A stretch of DNA of 64,000 nucleotides. Source: Eledone cirrhosa. Lineage: Eukaryota. Each line of letters opens with the position of its first letter. Within the stretch, counting starts at the first letter, position 1. Below are positions 43,120-57,342 of this stretch, piece after piece. Position numbers and translations under genes: made by a program. Location of the stretch: the NCBI GenBank assembly GCA_964016885.1, contig OZ024745.1:116498001-116562000 (forward strand), read 5' to 3'. A model generated the notes under the pieces. That model ran no database searches and was not told the DNA's origin. It was given only the letters and a program-made list of their open reading frames with translations.

Positions 43120-44639
43120 GTCTAAATTATACTGTAACACATTATTTAGGTACAATGTGTATTCTATAACACATCAATTTGATATATTACTTTAGTTTTA
43201 ATGTGAATTCTCGTGTGTTTGTATCTACAAGAATATTCTATCATTATCATGACAGCTTGTTATGCCAATATAATAACCGAAGACTTAATCCCAATATTTA
43301 GTGTATCCTATCAAATTACTAAGTTTGCTTGCTGAATAAAATTCGTGTGACTAGGCGAGTTAAAGTTAAACGTATATAAAGAATAGAATGTGTATGAAGC
43401 TATTTATTTGATATAAATTTTCCTTTTGACATCATTAAAAATATCATCGATATGTATATCACATTATTTCTTTCACATACCTTATCAATATTAGAGACAT
43501 AACGACGAAAAAAGACATGTTCTTATTATATTTGCACAAAGGTCTATTTACTGACAGAGAAATGTAGGGCAGTGTTCTGACAATTCTATTCAGCTAGTTG
43601 TATCAGTTAAAATTAATTCTTATTCTTTTCACATCACGAATAAGTTCTCATAGTAATTTTCCAACATAATATAGTATTTATACTAATTTTCAATGAAGTC
43701 AATTTGCACAAGTCTGAAAAATGTATTACTATTATTAAGAATTCTCAAATAGTACTAAAGATATTCTCAAATGCAAGTATTCAGGGAAAGATGCAACACT
43801 TTTATTTTCTAGCTTTTGTCTCTTTGAAAGGTCTTTAAAGTGATATTTTTCTGCGAGCGTTTTCTTTGACATCTGCTTTTTTTTTTATTCTTTAGTTTAA
43901 TTTTTAAATACCAAAGCTCTCTCTAACATATGGCGTAACTCAAACTATCTGAAGTATACGTTTTTATATTGTAATTTCCAATAATACTCTTTTTTTAAGA
44001 TTTAGAATGTTACAGCTACCGTACCATTTTACGCATGTTTTTCTCTGCCTTGTACTGTTTAAACGCAGCGAGAAGCTTATACCAGTTACATGGCTATTAG
44101 GGTATTAGAATCCGTCGCAAGGCTACCTGCCTCCATCAGCAGTTGGTAATATTTTTCAATTTAGTGAAGTTGATCAACGTGAAATGAAATGGATGACTCA
44201 AGGAAACTTATCAAACCTACGACGTATTGACTTTAACCACTATTTCACGCACCATTACCTCTTGAGAAAAGATCATGCTGAATAAATTTGAAACACAAGT
44301 GAATTTTTTACTATTTCTGTTATGTATAAAGATTTACTCAAATTAATACCAATTAACACCATGAAATTGTTAAATTTGCAAGATGCTGGTACATTCAAAC
44401 CAAATTAAATTTAATATATATACCTGTATCACTTTGAATACGGACATTCCCATAGATACTCATGTGTAGCTTATTAATTATGAGGTGTGTATATAAATAT
44501 TGAATGTGAATGATAAGTGAACGTGGTAAACTGATATTTGATCGAACAGCAAGTGTGTAAAATTATTTCTGAATAATATATGCATAAAACGTCTAAATAT
44601 CCTTATATTTCAATATTCGCTGTTTACATCTACACATGA

Positions 44640-45055
44640 ATATTTCCTGGAAATATTAACTCTCCAAGCATGCTCAGGGCGGAGTTAGTCCTGCTAGATT
44701 CCCAGTTGCACTGGGTTCGTATGTAAAACACCAATGGCTGTACACTTTTGTGAGCTACAATGTTAAAGCCATTGAAAAGAAGAGACCCCAAAATTCTGTT
44801 ATAATAACATTATCAAATGCCACCTCATTGAAGCGGGTGACCAGATACAATCTACTTGAAAAGGACAGCCATCAACCGGCAAAGATGGGGGAGAGCTAGA
44901 AGGGGTCAAAATTGCGGAATGGGACTGGTCAAAACATCAAAATGGCAAGAGAGAGAAACCCAGAGCAAGATTAACAAGTTCTACTACAGCGGCCCAACCA
45001 TATGTAGTCCGCAATATCTGCAGACTACTTTTAGTCGACAGTCCCAGGAATGAAG
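44640..45055 (+). mobile_element. Decayed RTE LINE 3' end
   Basis: LDSQLHWVRM...RPKFCYNNIIKCHL...TAINRQRW remnants. Confidence 0.6.
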
Positions 45056-45104
45056 TTTAAATAATGTTTAGTTTTCAAGCTTACATTCGGTTATGTTTAT
45101 ATTA

Positions 45105-45260
45105 TAGGCAGCGAATTGACAGAGTCGTAGAAAGTCGGAGCATTTTGCACTATTCGTTTCGACTTTCTGCTCTCTGAGTTCAAATGCCCCCGATGTCAAC
45201 TTCATCTTTCACCCATTCAAAGTCGATAACAAAGTGCCAGTTTAGTACTGGTGTCGACTT
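45105..45260 (+). mobile_element. Old diverged SINE
   Basis: Degenerate A box, CTGAGTTCAAAT B box, GTCGATAA core. Confidence 0.65.
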
Positions 45261-45844
45261 TTCCTTTATATCGCTTTTCCACTTCCATCCTTTCACTCCC
45301 TTTATCCTTCTCTGGAATAGATTTGCTGTATTCACACCTAAAGTGGATTGGGTTCCGCCAGGTTACAGCAGGCCCAAGAAACACCTCATGACAAGACGGC
45401 CCCTTTACGACTCCGTCGGGAGTGACGGGACCTTGCATGACTGTGTATTCATTTTAAATTTTGTTTGATTAGCAAAAGTGCCAGGAATTTGCATTGTTTT
45501 ACCCAAGGTATACTGTGATTGATCTAAACTTTGTTTCTTTTAAAGCTGTAAAGGACTAAATTATCACAAGTCTTCAATACACTATGAATATTATTTAAAG
45601 GTTACTCTATATTCCACGTCATTTCAGTGAATGAAGCTTCTCTCTGATAAGAATATCAGCTATCACACTCTATGTGTACGTAGATTTGGCTACAACACTG
45701 CAAGCTAAAACATCGCTTGTCAAATGTATATGATCCACACTATCTGCAACAATTAAATATAGCTTCAACTGTTATAGATCACTGAGAATAAAGTCCTATT
45801 TATAGAGGGTCACTCAGATAGATAGGAATGCAGAGGGACAAAAT

Positions 45845-46030
45845 TATTTCTTCTTTAGGTACAGGACTAGTAATTTTGCGGAGAGTTAAGACGATTAACC
45901 TGACCTCAATATTTGTGTAGTACCTTATTTAATCAACCCCGGAAAAAAAAGGCAAAGTTGGCTTAGGCAGGATTTGAAATCAAAACGTAATAAGCTGGGA
46001 TAAATACTGCTACGTATTTATTTGACGGCC
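45845..46030 (-). mobile_element. Old diverged SINE
   Basis: AAGGCAAAGTTGGCTTAGGCAGGATTTGAA core. Confidence 0.6.
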
Positions 46031-47289
46031 TTTCAATCCATTACTATGAAGATCACAATAAAAAGAAAGAGAAAAAATAGAAGGCTCTAACTGAAATGTG
46101 TTTATGAAATATATCCCATGACTGTTACAGCTAAAAACTCATTACAGTGGTATATTATCTGCCGAAGGCCTCCAGTACACATAATGTCTACCAGTTTTAC
46201 TCTATATTCATTATGAAGAAGCTTATCTCTTTACGGTCGGATTGTATTAAGCTGTAAATGTACTCTACAGATTGAAATGATTCACCACCGAAAGTAACAG
46301 AAGCCGTGTAAAACTGACAAGTATTTCATTAGTTTGCAATGTTTTGTTTAACTAATATCTATAGAAGCATGGCTCCCACATGCGAATATCTGCCGTCAAA
46401 CTCATGACAAAGGACAGAGAAAGAACAATAACGTCCTGGTTCAACCGTTAAAGATAGCAGTCAAATTTCCCGAAAATTCCATCCCCACCATCTTAAGAAG
46501 AGAAATAAAAGTTAAAAGATATAATTTATTCCTAGATATATCTAGAATACGTAAATACGTGTCTGCCTGCCCCTTAGCTAAACAACAGTATGAAATTATG
46601 TTCCTACAGCTATTCACTACCGAGAGAATTGTACTTAAGAGTATGAGTTTAAGTATAAACTGATAAGATAAGAATCTCGACACTAGAATGGAAAGATTAC
46701 ATTGTATTGCTTGTCTTTGAGCTATTACTGATAATACTATTTACCATTGTTATTAATGTTAATGATTTGCAGACAATTGTCAAGTATAAGAGACAATTCT
46801 AGTATGGAATACGAATTTAGATACATAATCTAGGTGCATTAGTTATTGCTGTTATCGTATAATAGTTAATATCCTTTGTCATGATTATGATCTGTTGATT
46901 ACATCTAGTGTCATTATCGTGTAAAAATTGCTATAATAATTTGTAATTTTGATAAAATCAGTTGTTGTGCCTGTATGTGATCATGTGAATAATGATAATA
47001 ATACATGAATTACGATGGTGAGGATAATAATTCTTCAACCAGAATGCATCTGCTAATTATCACATTGCCAAAGAGGTTTAAGTAGTTGTAGTCTGGTTTA
47101 AGTAGTTGTAGTTGATTTATATGTAGGCGGAGTTGATTTATTTCACATCAAATCAGGATTGGGACTTATTTCTTGAATACAGCATGTATTTAGATAGGAG
47201 AAAGGGTGAAGGAAGGTGGCATACACCCCAATGATCTATTGTGTTTATTTGTATTTATCAAAACTACACGGAAGGTAAGGGGAAGGCAA

Positions 47290-47445
47290 GAGGGGATAAA
47301 ATTGAAGCACAATGTTTGAATGGTACTTGATTTTATTAATGTCTGAAGTATGAATTGGAAGATTGACATCGGCGGGATTTGAACGCAATATATCAATAGC
47401 CAGAACAAATATCACAGGGAAATTTTTCCGATGCTCCAATCGTTC
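47290..47445 (-). mobile_element. Old diverged SINE
   Basis: TGGTACTTGATTTTATT...TTGACATCGGCGGGATTTGAAC. Confidence 0.6.
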
Positions 47446-47666
47446 TCTTTTGAAAAGAATGATAACATCAGCAATAATTACCATGAACTAGGGTACATAT
47501 TTCATCGAATAACCAGAGTCAAATAAATAAACGATGCATGGATTACTGGGGGAAATCAGACAAATAATCCTAAAAAATCGAACGAAGTAAATACTCGTGT
47601 GATCTTTTAAGAGAACTCTCAATAATTAGTTATATAACCTGTTATAATGTTAAATCTAAAGGTAAT

Positions 47667-47859
47667 ATTAATTGTTTCTACTTTTGGCACAAGGCCAGTA
47701 ATTACCCAGTACATTACTTGTACTTTATTTTATCGACCCCGTAAGGATGGAAAGCTAAGTTAACCTCGGCAGGATTTGAACACAGATCATAAAAGACTCC
47801 AACTCTAGGCTGCAAAGCACGGTATCCGACGGTCTACCGATACTGCCAATCCACCGCCC
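47667..47859 (-). mobile_element. SINE S1 copy with imperfect TSD
   Basis: Full length; flanks TCTAAAGGTAATA / TCTAATGGTAATA. Confidence 0.92.
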
Positions 47860-48053
47860 TCTAATGGTAATAATAATGAGAAGAAAGAAGAAATGTGGAA
47901 GATGAAGGTGATGTTGGTGATGTTGGTGATGTTATTGATGGTGATGTTGATGAAGGTGGTGTTGTCAGAGGTTACTAGTTGTAGCGTTAACAATTTAACT
48001 AGTTGCTAAGTGAGGTGATGATCATAGTTTGGTCTGTTCCTGTCTTTTCATTC

Positions 48054-48089
<36 letters not shown>

Positions 48090-49084
48090 AGGTGGTGGGT
48101 TAGCAAAATTGTTCGAACATCAGACAATAGCCCTTGTTTTTGTATCAACTCTGAAAGTTTTAAGAGTCAAATTTCGCCGAGGTCAAAATATAGACCCAGT
48201 GAAATACAAGCTTTTATGTAATCGACTTTCCCCTCTTAAAAATTGCATGATGTGTGCTTAAATTATTATTTCTCTGCTTGTCGATGCTATTGGTGTTGTT
48301 TTTAGTTGTTGTTGTTGTCTCTTGTTAGATATCACTCCAGTGATTGCAATAAGGTGAACAGATTTTTTCAGGGGAGCATTTTTCTCTGTAATTCGTGAAA
48401 AGAAAAATAAACTTATGATGTCAGTCATGGTGACTAAAACAAAACGAGAACGCATCATCTCAAAAATAAAGAAAATTTCTGCAGACGCAAAAAAATATGC
48501 GAAAAACCTATTTTATAGTAGAAGACATATAGTTTGGAAGCGTAAAAAGATAAGTTATCCAAATTTGTTTAGCAGCTATAACAACAACCAAAACAATAAC
48601 GACAGCGTCACTCATATATGGTTAAGCGCATTACCGAGCGGATATTTTTCAAATGGAGGTAATTTTATGCGTGTCGTCTGCAACAGAGAAACTTTTAATG
48701 TGGAACGAGTTCATGACGAGAAGGAATTGTGTGAATACGCCCAATAGCATCACACATATTTCATTTTACAACCAAACATGACATGTCATATAATTTTCTA
48801 CTCATGCACAACACAATCTTTCATTTTGCGTCGTACACACCATAAACACACCATACATACACCATAGTGTACACAGTATATCTCACACACTACATCCATA
48901 GAATCATCTTTCCAAAATACCAGGCTTATGTATATACTCATAACTGTTTCTACACACTCTAAATTATATACACATTTCTACACACAGTTATCACTTTCAC
49001 CTCCCCCTTCACTGCTTGCTCACTTCCTTACTATTTTTCTCTTTTACCACTATTTACTTCACCATTCCCACCACTTTTCTACGG

Positions 49085-49340
49085 CCAGGTAAACTATGGA
49101 GACCTCCAGTGTTCTTGGCACCCGGACCGCATCCCTACTCACTGCTATCGGAGTGGAGTTGGTCACCCACATGTTCGAGCCCCACGTGGTGGAGTGGCTG
49201 CCGCAGCACGTCTCCCTCGCTGTCCTCCAGGGCAATGTATTCTCCACCCTGTCGACCCAGAGGCGGAGGGTAAGTTTGTAGTGTAGGATATTGGTTTGGA
49301 CGTCACTTTCACACATGTATTGAGTGCCTTTTTAACTGTT
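49085..49340 (+). mobile_element. Second CRE-like RLE 3' fragment
   Basis: METSSVLGTRT...EPHVVEWLPQHVSLAVLQGNVFSTL, homologous to 6079-6260, with a similar 3' UTR. Confidence 0.72.
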
Positions 49341-50122
49341 GTATACATATCTATTGTACACATCAACACACACTTATTACCACTTATCTTACCTTCCTGT
49401 TTTATCTTGTCCCACTCCCTTTGTTCCTAAATCCTTTCTCTCTTTCCCACTCCTATTTCTCCACATGAAATCCTCCCAGGGGCCTCGTGTGCCTTAAACA
49501 TGTGAGGGGGACAAACCAACATTTATTGATTCTTAAAAGTTAGTATTGCTTATGGTGCCTTTCCCGGACCCTATCAGATAAGTAAACTTTTACGCTAATT
49601 AAATTTTATATGTTCAAATGATGTTCAGATATAACAAAAATTAAGCTTAAAAAGAATTGATTATATCAAATAAACAAAATATAAAACATAGACGTTTGAA
49701 AAAGTATGGGGTACCACCCTGAAACAAGGCCCTTGAATCCTTCCATTTACCAATCTTACATTCCTACTTCTACCAGTTCTCATTTCCATATTAGTTGGTT
49801 ACTCACTTCCTCTCAAATTTCTGATGTCAGAGGTTTTACCCATTCACAATAAATCGTCTCCTAAAACCGATATGGTTTCTATAATTTTCCTTATTTCATA
49901 ATCTTTTCTGTTCTTACTCCACTTTCATGAAAAGTTCTACCAGACGCCAGATCCATTTTTCTCTTCGGCAGAAATATTTTCAATGTTCAGGTATTCTACT
50001 TATTATTGTGTAAATATTTTGTCAGCCGAACATTATACATGACTTTTTCTTGATCCTATTTTATACACTTAACTTTTAACTGTTTCCTCTGCTGATCTTT
50101 AGTGTCGTCGTGATATAGATAT

Positions 50123-50266
<144 letters not shown>

Positions 50267-50549
50267 TTCCATAACCTTGTAATACATATTCTTCCGCTAC
50301 TATCGCTCACCGTTATGAAGAGACAAGTGAATCCTTAATGTTCAGACCAATCATCATCCAAAGCTACTGTAACCTAATTTCTCAACGTGACTAAATAAAT
50401 ACGGCCATGACATTTATTTATTTATTTATACGTACATTGCTAATATTTCCACCTATATATACTCATTGTTGTCTGATTGAACTGTCGAAAGCCGGCGAAA
50501 CTCCAGAATAACAAATCTTACTATTTAGCCATAATAAAATGAACACACA

Positions 50550-50905
<356 letters not shown>

Positions 50906-50959
50906 TAAAGAATGCGACCATTTCTGTTGGAAGCTCCCGGATAGTATATATATATATAT

Positions 50960-53310
50960 TATTACTATTATTATTGTTTTTATTTTCTTTCATTATTGTT
51001 TCTGAGATATATGCCGAGTGTCTTCCTGACACCTAGGGCAAATAAATTCACAGTGTGCATTGGTAAGCCAGTTAATACAGCACATTGATTATAAATTTAA
51101 AAAAAAAACAAAAAAAAAACAGTATACATATATACACATGTGCATATGCATATGTAAATCTCTTACAGAGACAGTGCTCTTCTCAATACGTGTGCAGTAC
51201 CACTCAAAACAATTTTTTGCACCTCGTGTACAGAGGGTAAACCAGGAATCATTCGCAAATATTGTTCTGTTCCTTTCTTGATCATTCCCAGTTCTCCCAT
51301 AATCACTGGTATTGTTACGGCCTTGAGGTGCCATATTCTCTCAATTTCAATAAGCAGATCTTTATATATTCGTAGCTTGTCAAATTCTTTTGCCGCGATA
51401 TTGTGATCACATGGGATGCTCATATCTATCAATAAACAGACCTTGTTATGTTGATCTTTTACAATGATGTCAGGTCTATTTGCTTTTATGGTCCTGTCAG
51501 TGTGTACAGTAAAGTCCCAGAGAATTGTTACTATTTCTCCTTCAGTTACAGCCTCAAGGTGATGATTGTACCAATTGTCTTCAGCTTTGATTTTGTGATG
51601 CCGACATATTACCCAGTGTAGATATTGGCACACTCTGTCATGTCTATATTTGTATTATACTGGTGCTAAAACTTTACATCCAGAGACTAAGTGATCCACT
51701 GTTTCAACCACAGCATTGCAGAATCGGTACTTCAGGTTTATTCTGTTTCTCATCACATTGGCCTGGTAATTACGAGTCGATAAGCTTTGATCTTGGGCAG
51801 CTAAGATGAAGCCTTCACTCTCCGCCTTTAGCCCTGAACTATGTAGCCACTGATGGGTGTGCTTTTGGTCAACATCAGCTTGTTTGCTACGGGCCACATA
51901 TTTGCTATGCAGAGGTTTCTGCTCCCAATGTGATGCTAATTGCCCTTGCCCTTTTGCTTTTGCCAGTGATGTTATGTGCCTAGCAGCATCAGTTGTATCA
52001 GTTTCTTTAGTCTGTCCAGCCTGGGTATCAAGCATGAGATCAGTAGCATATGTTTTGCTCTCCTTCAAGATAGAATGAAGCTTCTTACTTCTCTCATGCT
52101 TTTCAACAAGTTTCAACATACAGTCGTTAGTTGTTTCAAGGTATTTGGCCAGTCCAATGATGGTGGTCTTGTAAGCAAGTTCAATTGGATGAGGCCACGG
52201 CCTCCTTGAGATCTAAGAAGGTAAAGACAATCCACATCTGTTTTTTGGTGGTGCATCCTATTACAGGTCATTAGCTTACGGACTTTGGTGTCGATTCTTT
52301 TGATTTCACTCATATTCCAGTTCAACACACCGAAGCTATAAGTGACAACTGGGACTGCCAAGGAATTTATTGCTAGTACCTTGTTACGAGCGTTTAGTTC
52401 TGATCTCAGAACTGCATGTACTCTCCAGTAACATTCTTTCCTTGTCCTCTCTTTCATACCTGCATGCTGTATGCCAGAGCCCTCATTAATCCCTACGTAT
52501 TTATAGGTTTGTTCCTGCTCAAGTTCCTTTATGATTGTTTCAGCATCCAATTCAACGGAGTCTGAGTTGACAAGCTTCCCCTTCTTGAAAGTGGCTTTTG
52601 CACACTTGTCAAGTCCAAACTCCATCATGATGTCATCGCTAAGCGTTTTTACTGTCCGCAAAAGGCCTTCCAGTTCGTCATTATCTTTGCAATGTAGCTT
52701 CAAATCATCCATATAAAATAGGTGGCTTATTTTTTTGTTGTCAATTCTATAACCGTACCCTGTTCTATTAAGTTCTGATGTAAGGGGTATTATAGCTATG
52801 CAGAAAAGCAAGGGTGAAAGTGAGTTACCCTGGAATATACCACAGTTGATGTTTATATTCCTAGAGCACAGTACCCCAGTGGAATGAGACAATTGGAGAT
52901 TTGTGTTCCATAATGACATATTGTCTTTCAGGAAGTTTGAGATCACAGGTGAGATTTTGAAGATGTCCAGTGATTTCAGAATCCATGAGTGTGGTATGCT
53001 GTCAAAGGTTATTTTATAAGCGATGCATGCAGAACTGAAATTTCTGTGTTTATTATGACAGTTGTCAAGGGTCATACGATTAATCAAAAGTTGATCTTTG
53101 CAACCATATGAACCTCGTTGGCACCCTTTTTGTTCAATGGGGAAAAGATTGTTCTCCTCAAAAAACACGTATGCTTTTTCCATGAGAATAGAGGTTAATA
53201 GTTTATAAGTGGTGGACAAGTAGGTTATGGGCCGATAGTTTTTTGGATCTTTGGTTTCGTTGTTATTTGGTAGCAGGTAGGTAATGCCACTTGGTATCCA
53301 ATCAGGTGTA
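50960..53310 (-). mobile_element. 5'-truncated R4/Dong-clade LINE (RT + CCHC + restriction-like endonuclease)
   Basis: EQKGCQRGSYGCKDQLLIN, GIFQGNSLSPLLF, HLFYMDDLKL, FGLDKCA, GGRGL, ETVDHLVSGC, RHDRV, RPDII...IDMSIP...KL..YKDL; one frameshift and one stop; (TAA)n-like tail. Confidence 0.93.
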
Positions 53311-53394
53311 TTTTGGGGATATTTCTAATTCCATTAAACAGATTGACCAATATATTGTGAGTGCAGGGGTGTGAGGAAAGCCATAAATTTGGCA

Positions 53395-53618
53395 CCCTGC
53401 CTCTACCAGGAGATTTCTATTTATGAGCCGGGCATGTCCGAGATGCGCGCAGGGCGACGAAACCGTACTGCATGCACTCGTCAAGTGTCCGAGGATTGCT
53501 GACTTGTGGGATTATGTCGAACACCTGCTGTCGCCTGTAGGACGGATCCAGCGATCATCTATGTCCATCGTGAGGATTGCCCCGCTCTCTTCCTTTAGCC
53601 GGGAAGGGCAGGCAGTTT
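53395..53618 (+). mobile_element. L1/Tx1 fragment (same family as 18486-20706)
   Basis: SRACPRCAQGDETVLHALVKCP; DNA similarity to 20145-20345. Confidence 0.88.
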
Positions 53619-54087
53619 TTCCACCTAATGCGGGCTAGGAGCTCAAAAAGTTGAATTGTGCATGACACTCCCTGAAACATAAGTAATACCCATGTAAAGT
53701 TTGAAAAAGATCGGTTGGGTACTTCTCGAGTTTTAGGGATTCAAACTCACAGACACACACACACGAACACACACACACAGACATCCTCAGAGAAGTGACG
53801 TAATGCAGACAGCAAGACATACAAGTAGATATTATAAGGGCGCGATGTTGTATGTATGTATCTATCTAAAAAGAGAAAGACTAAGAATTATAGAGAGAGA
53901 TCGCTAAATCGCCTAATGCGGTCCCTAGGGCATTGACAATTTGAAAATCTTTGTCTCATAACACTCCCACAAACATAAGTATTACATGTGTAAAGTTTGA
54001 AAACAGTCGGTTGGGTGCTTCTCGAGTTTTAGGGATTTAAAATCACACACACACACAGAAAGACATTCTCAGTTTTATATGTATAGA
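53615..54087 (-). mobile_element. Two tandem partial non-autonomous Helitron copies
   Basis: Both match 57160-57342; the second retains the 5' TCTATACATATAAAACTGAG end. Confidence 0.78.
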
Positions 54088-54497
54088 TTATACCACATTA
54101 CATTTTCTGATATTTTTCTGAGTGGTTTAACTCGGATTTTATATGAACGAATGTCACCGTTCAGATTATTCTCGCTATTTATTGAGCAATTCACGATTTT
54201 ATGCAAGAGAATGTGAAATGTTGCAGACGTATATGTATAAATTATATGTCTAAATATTCTTGTCTTAGAGCTTTTACTACATAATTGGGAGTCTTATCAT
54301 GGAGGTTATTATGACCATAACTATTTCTGTTGTTTCTCTACAATTTGGATCAAAATCTCTTTCAGACGATCAATTAATAAAGAGGCAATACCAGTTTACA
54401 GCAGGATCTATCCTGACGCCAGGATATTTCACAAATATTTGTTTCTATTCTATGAGATGTTTTCTAAATTCTTTACATCTGTTTCACGGTAGTGAGT

Positions 54498-54620
54498 GAA
54501 GGCACGTGGCTGAGTGGTTAGAGAATTGGATTCGCAATCATGAGGTTGTCAGTTCGATTCCTGGACCAGGCGATGCATTATGTCCTTGAGCAAGACATTT
54601 TATTCCACGTTGCTCCTTCT
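54498..54620 (+). mobile_element. SINE S2 5' part
   Basis: A box TGGCTGAGTGG, B box GTTCGATTCC, CORE-like TGTCCTTGAGCAAGACA. Confidence 0.82.
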
Positions 54621-54838
54621 ACCTGGAGTTGCGACCGACAGAGAGTGTTTGTAATTGGAAAAACCAATGGAAACATTGTTTTCTCTGTCTGATTTGACGA
54701 GTTCCACCCCACTCGTTAAGCAAATGAGGTATGGGATCTTGTCAATAGACACTTCTTCACGGTAGTCACAGTAACACGAATATTCTAACCTATTGATGAC
54801 ACCACGTGGGATTCTTTGTCCCAGATTCGAATGGTTAA

Positions 54839-54889
<51 letters not shown>

Positions 54890-54947
54890 GAGGGGCGTGT
54901 GTGTGTACGCGTGTGTATATATATGTATACATGTATATATATACACG

Positions 54948-54979
<32 letters not shown>

Positions 54980-55241
54980 CATGTATATATGCATGTATAC
55001 ATATGTGTATATATATATATGTGTGTATATGAAATACGTGAAGTTGTATATCTGGTAACATACGGTATGTTTATAAATAAAGATTTAGAAAACCTTCAAT
55101 TATGGATTTGTAAACTGATAGCATAGCGCCATCTAGTGTGTTCCAACAGAAGCTAAGTCCGGGCAACCAGTCATGATAACGTCATCATTTCTCACTTTTT
55201 GTCATTATGAAATTGGTGCTCTCGACCACTTACTGTTGGAA

Positions 55242-55432
55242 AATAATTGTTTCTACTTTAGGCACAAGGCCAGCAATTACCCAGTGCATTACTGGTACTT
55301 TATTTTATCTACCCCGTAAGGATGAAAGGCAAAGTCAACCTCGGCGGGATTTGAACTCAGATCGTAAAGGGACGTAACTATGCTGGAAAGCATGGCGTCC
55401 GACCCTCTACCGATACTGCCAATCCACCGCCC
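55242..55432 (-). mobile_element. SINE S1 copy, consensus-like, with 15-bp TSD
   Basis: Full length; CTGTTGGAAAATAAT on both sides. Confidence 0.95.
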
Positions 55433-56104
55433 TATCCCCCTGTTGGAAAATAATATAAGCTAAAACGTATAGTTTCGAAGCCTATTTACATTGACTGATC
55501 AATCAAATGCCCATATAGAGTAACAGTTGGTTCTGGCGGTGATACAATATGGATGTCGCCAGATATATAATTTCACGTATTTCATGTACAAAGCTAGAGT
55601 TATTGCCCTTATATTTATATAGTAAGCTGTATTATTGGTTGTGTCCAAATTCAGTGAGAATCGCATTTCGGCGGGTAGAAAAAGCGAAACGAAACGCAAA
55701 AAATCAGAATTGTGCTGGCAAGCGCTCCATAGTTAAAAAGCCAGAGCTAAACAATATGTTAAAACGCCATACAAAACTGAAAAAGTGGTCAAGAAAGCAT
55801 CAACCACCTACGCCAAAAAGCAAATCAAGCTGACCAGGTCAAAACAAAATAAATGATAAAAAAACAGACCTAGACCCATTGTAATTGATGGTAAAATATA
55901 TATTTATATATATGTTTTAATTTATATATATATATGTGTGTATACATATATATATATGTATATATATGTATATATATATATGTGTATATATATGTGTATA
56001 TGTATGTGTTTATGTGTATATATATATATATATATATGTTTGTGTGTGTGAGTCTGTGGATGTGTATATGTGTTTATATGTATATATATATATGTATATG
56101 TATG

Positions 56105-56137
<33 letters not shown>

Positions 56138-56241
56138 ATGTTTGTATATATATGTGTATATATATGTGTGTATGAGTGTGTGTGTATATGTATGTATGTG
56201 TGTATATATATATATATAAAGGGTCAATGACGTCAACTAAA

Positions 56242-56284
<43 letters not shown>

Positions 56285-56844
56285 CATGACCTCAACTAAA
56301 GTGTATTACTTTTCATCTTAACACCATATGAAAAAAAAATTTGGTTGGTTAGTTCTTCAACAACCTCCAAATAAGGACATGATACTAACATACTACTAAT
56401 TCTGAATAAAATTATATTGCTTTTGAAAACAGCTGGTGATATGCATGTAAGTAAATATTCTCTTTATCTGATATTTTGTAACTAACCTTACATAGATCAA
56501 TAACGGAGTATAGCTACAATGTATTATCATCACCTAGAAACGATCGTAAAGCAGTTGAATATATCTCTAACGACTTAATTTTTATTTCATTGTTTTAACT
56601 TTTATCATGACTCTGTTTTCCTTTTAATGTTTTATTGTTTTCCGGGATTTATCTTAACCTACAACATTTCCAACATATGGATTACATCGAATTCTTCATG
56701 CAGAATAGACCCCACAACTTACTGTGGATACCTCTGTGCATTTTGCTCCTTCAATATATTTTTCATAATTGATTATAATATTTAGTTGAGCTCTTTTTTT
56801 ATCTAATTCCTGCATCACAATGGAAAAACAATATTTGGTACCTC

Positions 56845-56965
56845 TTTAAAATTCTTCCCACCGAAGTTAACAAAGAACTTACTAGATCTACCAACTCATA
56901 ATATTATAATCTTATAAAATTAAATCAATATTTTTGAACACTACAAGTGAAGTCATTCTTTTCCT
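56845..56965 (+). repeat. Dispersed repeat (LINE-3'-like); inverted copy at 61410-61535
   Basis: AAAATTCTTCCCACCGAAGTTAACAAAGAACTTACT...GAACACTACAAGTGAAGTCATTCTTTTCC shared. Confidence 0.7.
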
Positions 56966-56987
56966 TTTTTTCAAATATGTATATATA

Positions 56988-57342
56988 CTAGCAGTGGTAC
57001 CCGGCGTTGCACGGGATAAGGTATTTTGGAAATCGGGCCGCCAACAGACCTAATTGTGGAAACACTGCATGCCTGGACAATATGTAAAGAAAATAAACCG
57101 AATACTCGGATGGCTGGATAATCTTTAAGATTATCCTCGATGAGGCAGGAAAGATGCATTTTTTCTCCTAATGCGAGCCCTAGGGGATCAAAAAGTTGAC
57201 CTTTTTATGTGCATAACACTCCCTGAAAGATACATAATACACATGTAAAATTTGAAAAGAATCGGTTGCGTACTTCTCGTGTTTTACGGATTCAAACTGA
57301 CAGACACACACAGACAGACATCCTCAGTTTTATATATATAGA
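56988..57342 (-). mobile_element. Complete non-autonomous Helitron, 355 bp
   Basis: 5' TC, 3' hairpin CCCGTGCAACGCCGGG then CTAG, inserted between A and T, no TSD. Confidence 0.88.

Noticed and set aside
46352-46663. Stop-free frame of about 100 codons after an acceptor-like TCTATAG
   Set aside because: No recognisable protein motif; a few such frames are expected by chance in 64 kb.
48415-48747. 110-aa Lys-rich ORF
   Set aside because: A-rich composition explains it; no homology recognised.
50465-50515. CTGATTGA...GGC-GAAAC-TCCAGA motif
   Set aside because: Core has an insertion and the cleavage triplet is lost; too degraded to call.
55242-55432. tRNA gene calls from A/B boxes
   Set aside because: The boxes belong to SINE heads with conserved core, tail and TSDs; no cloverleaf seen.
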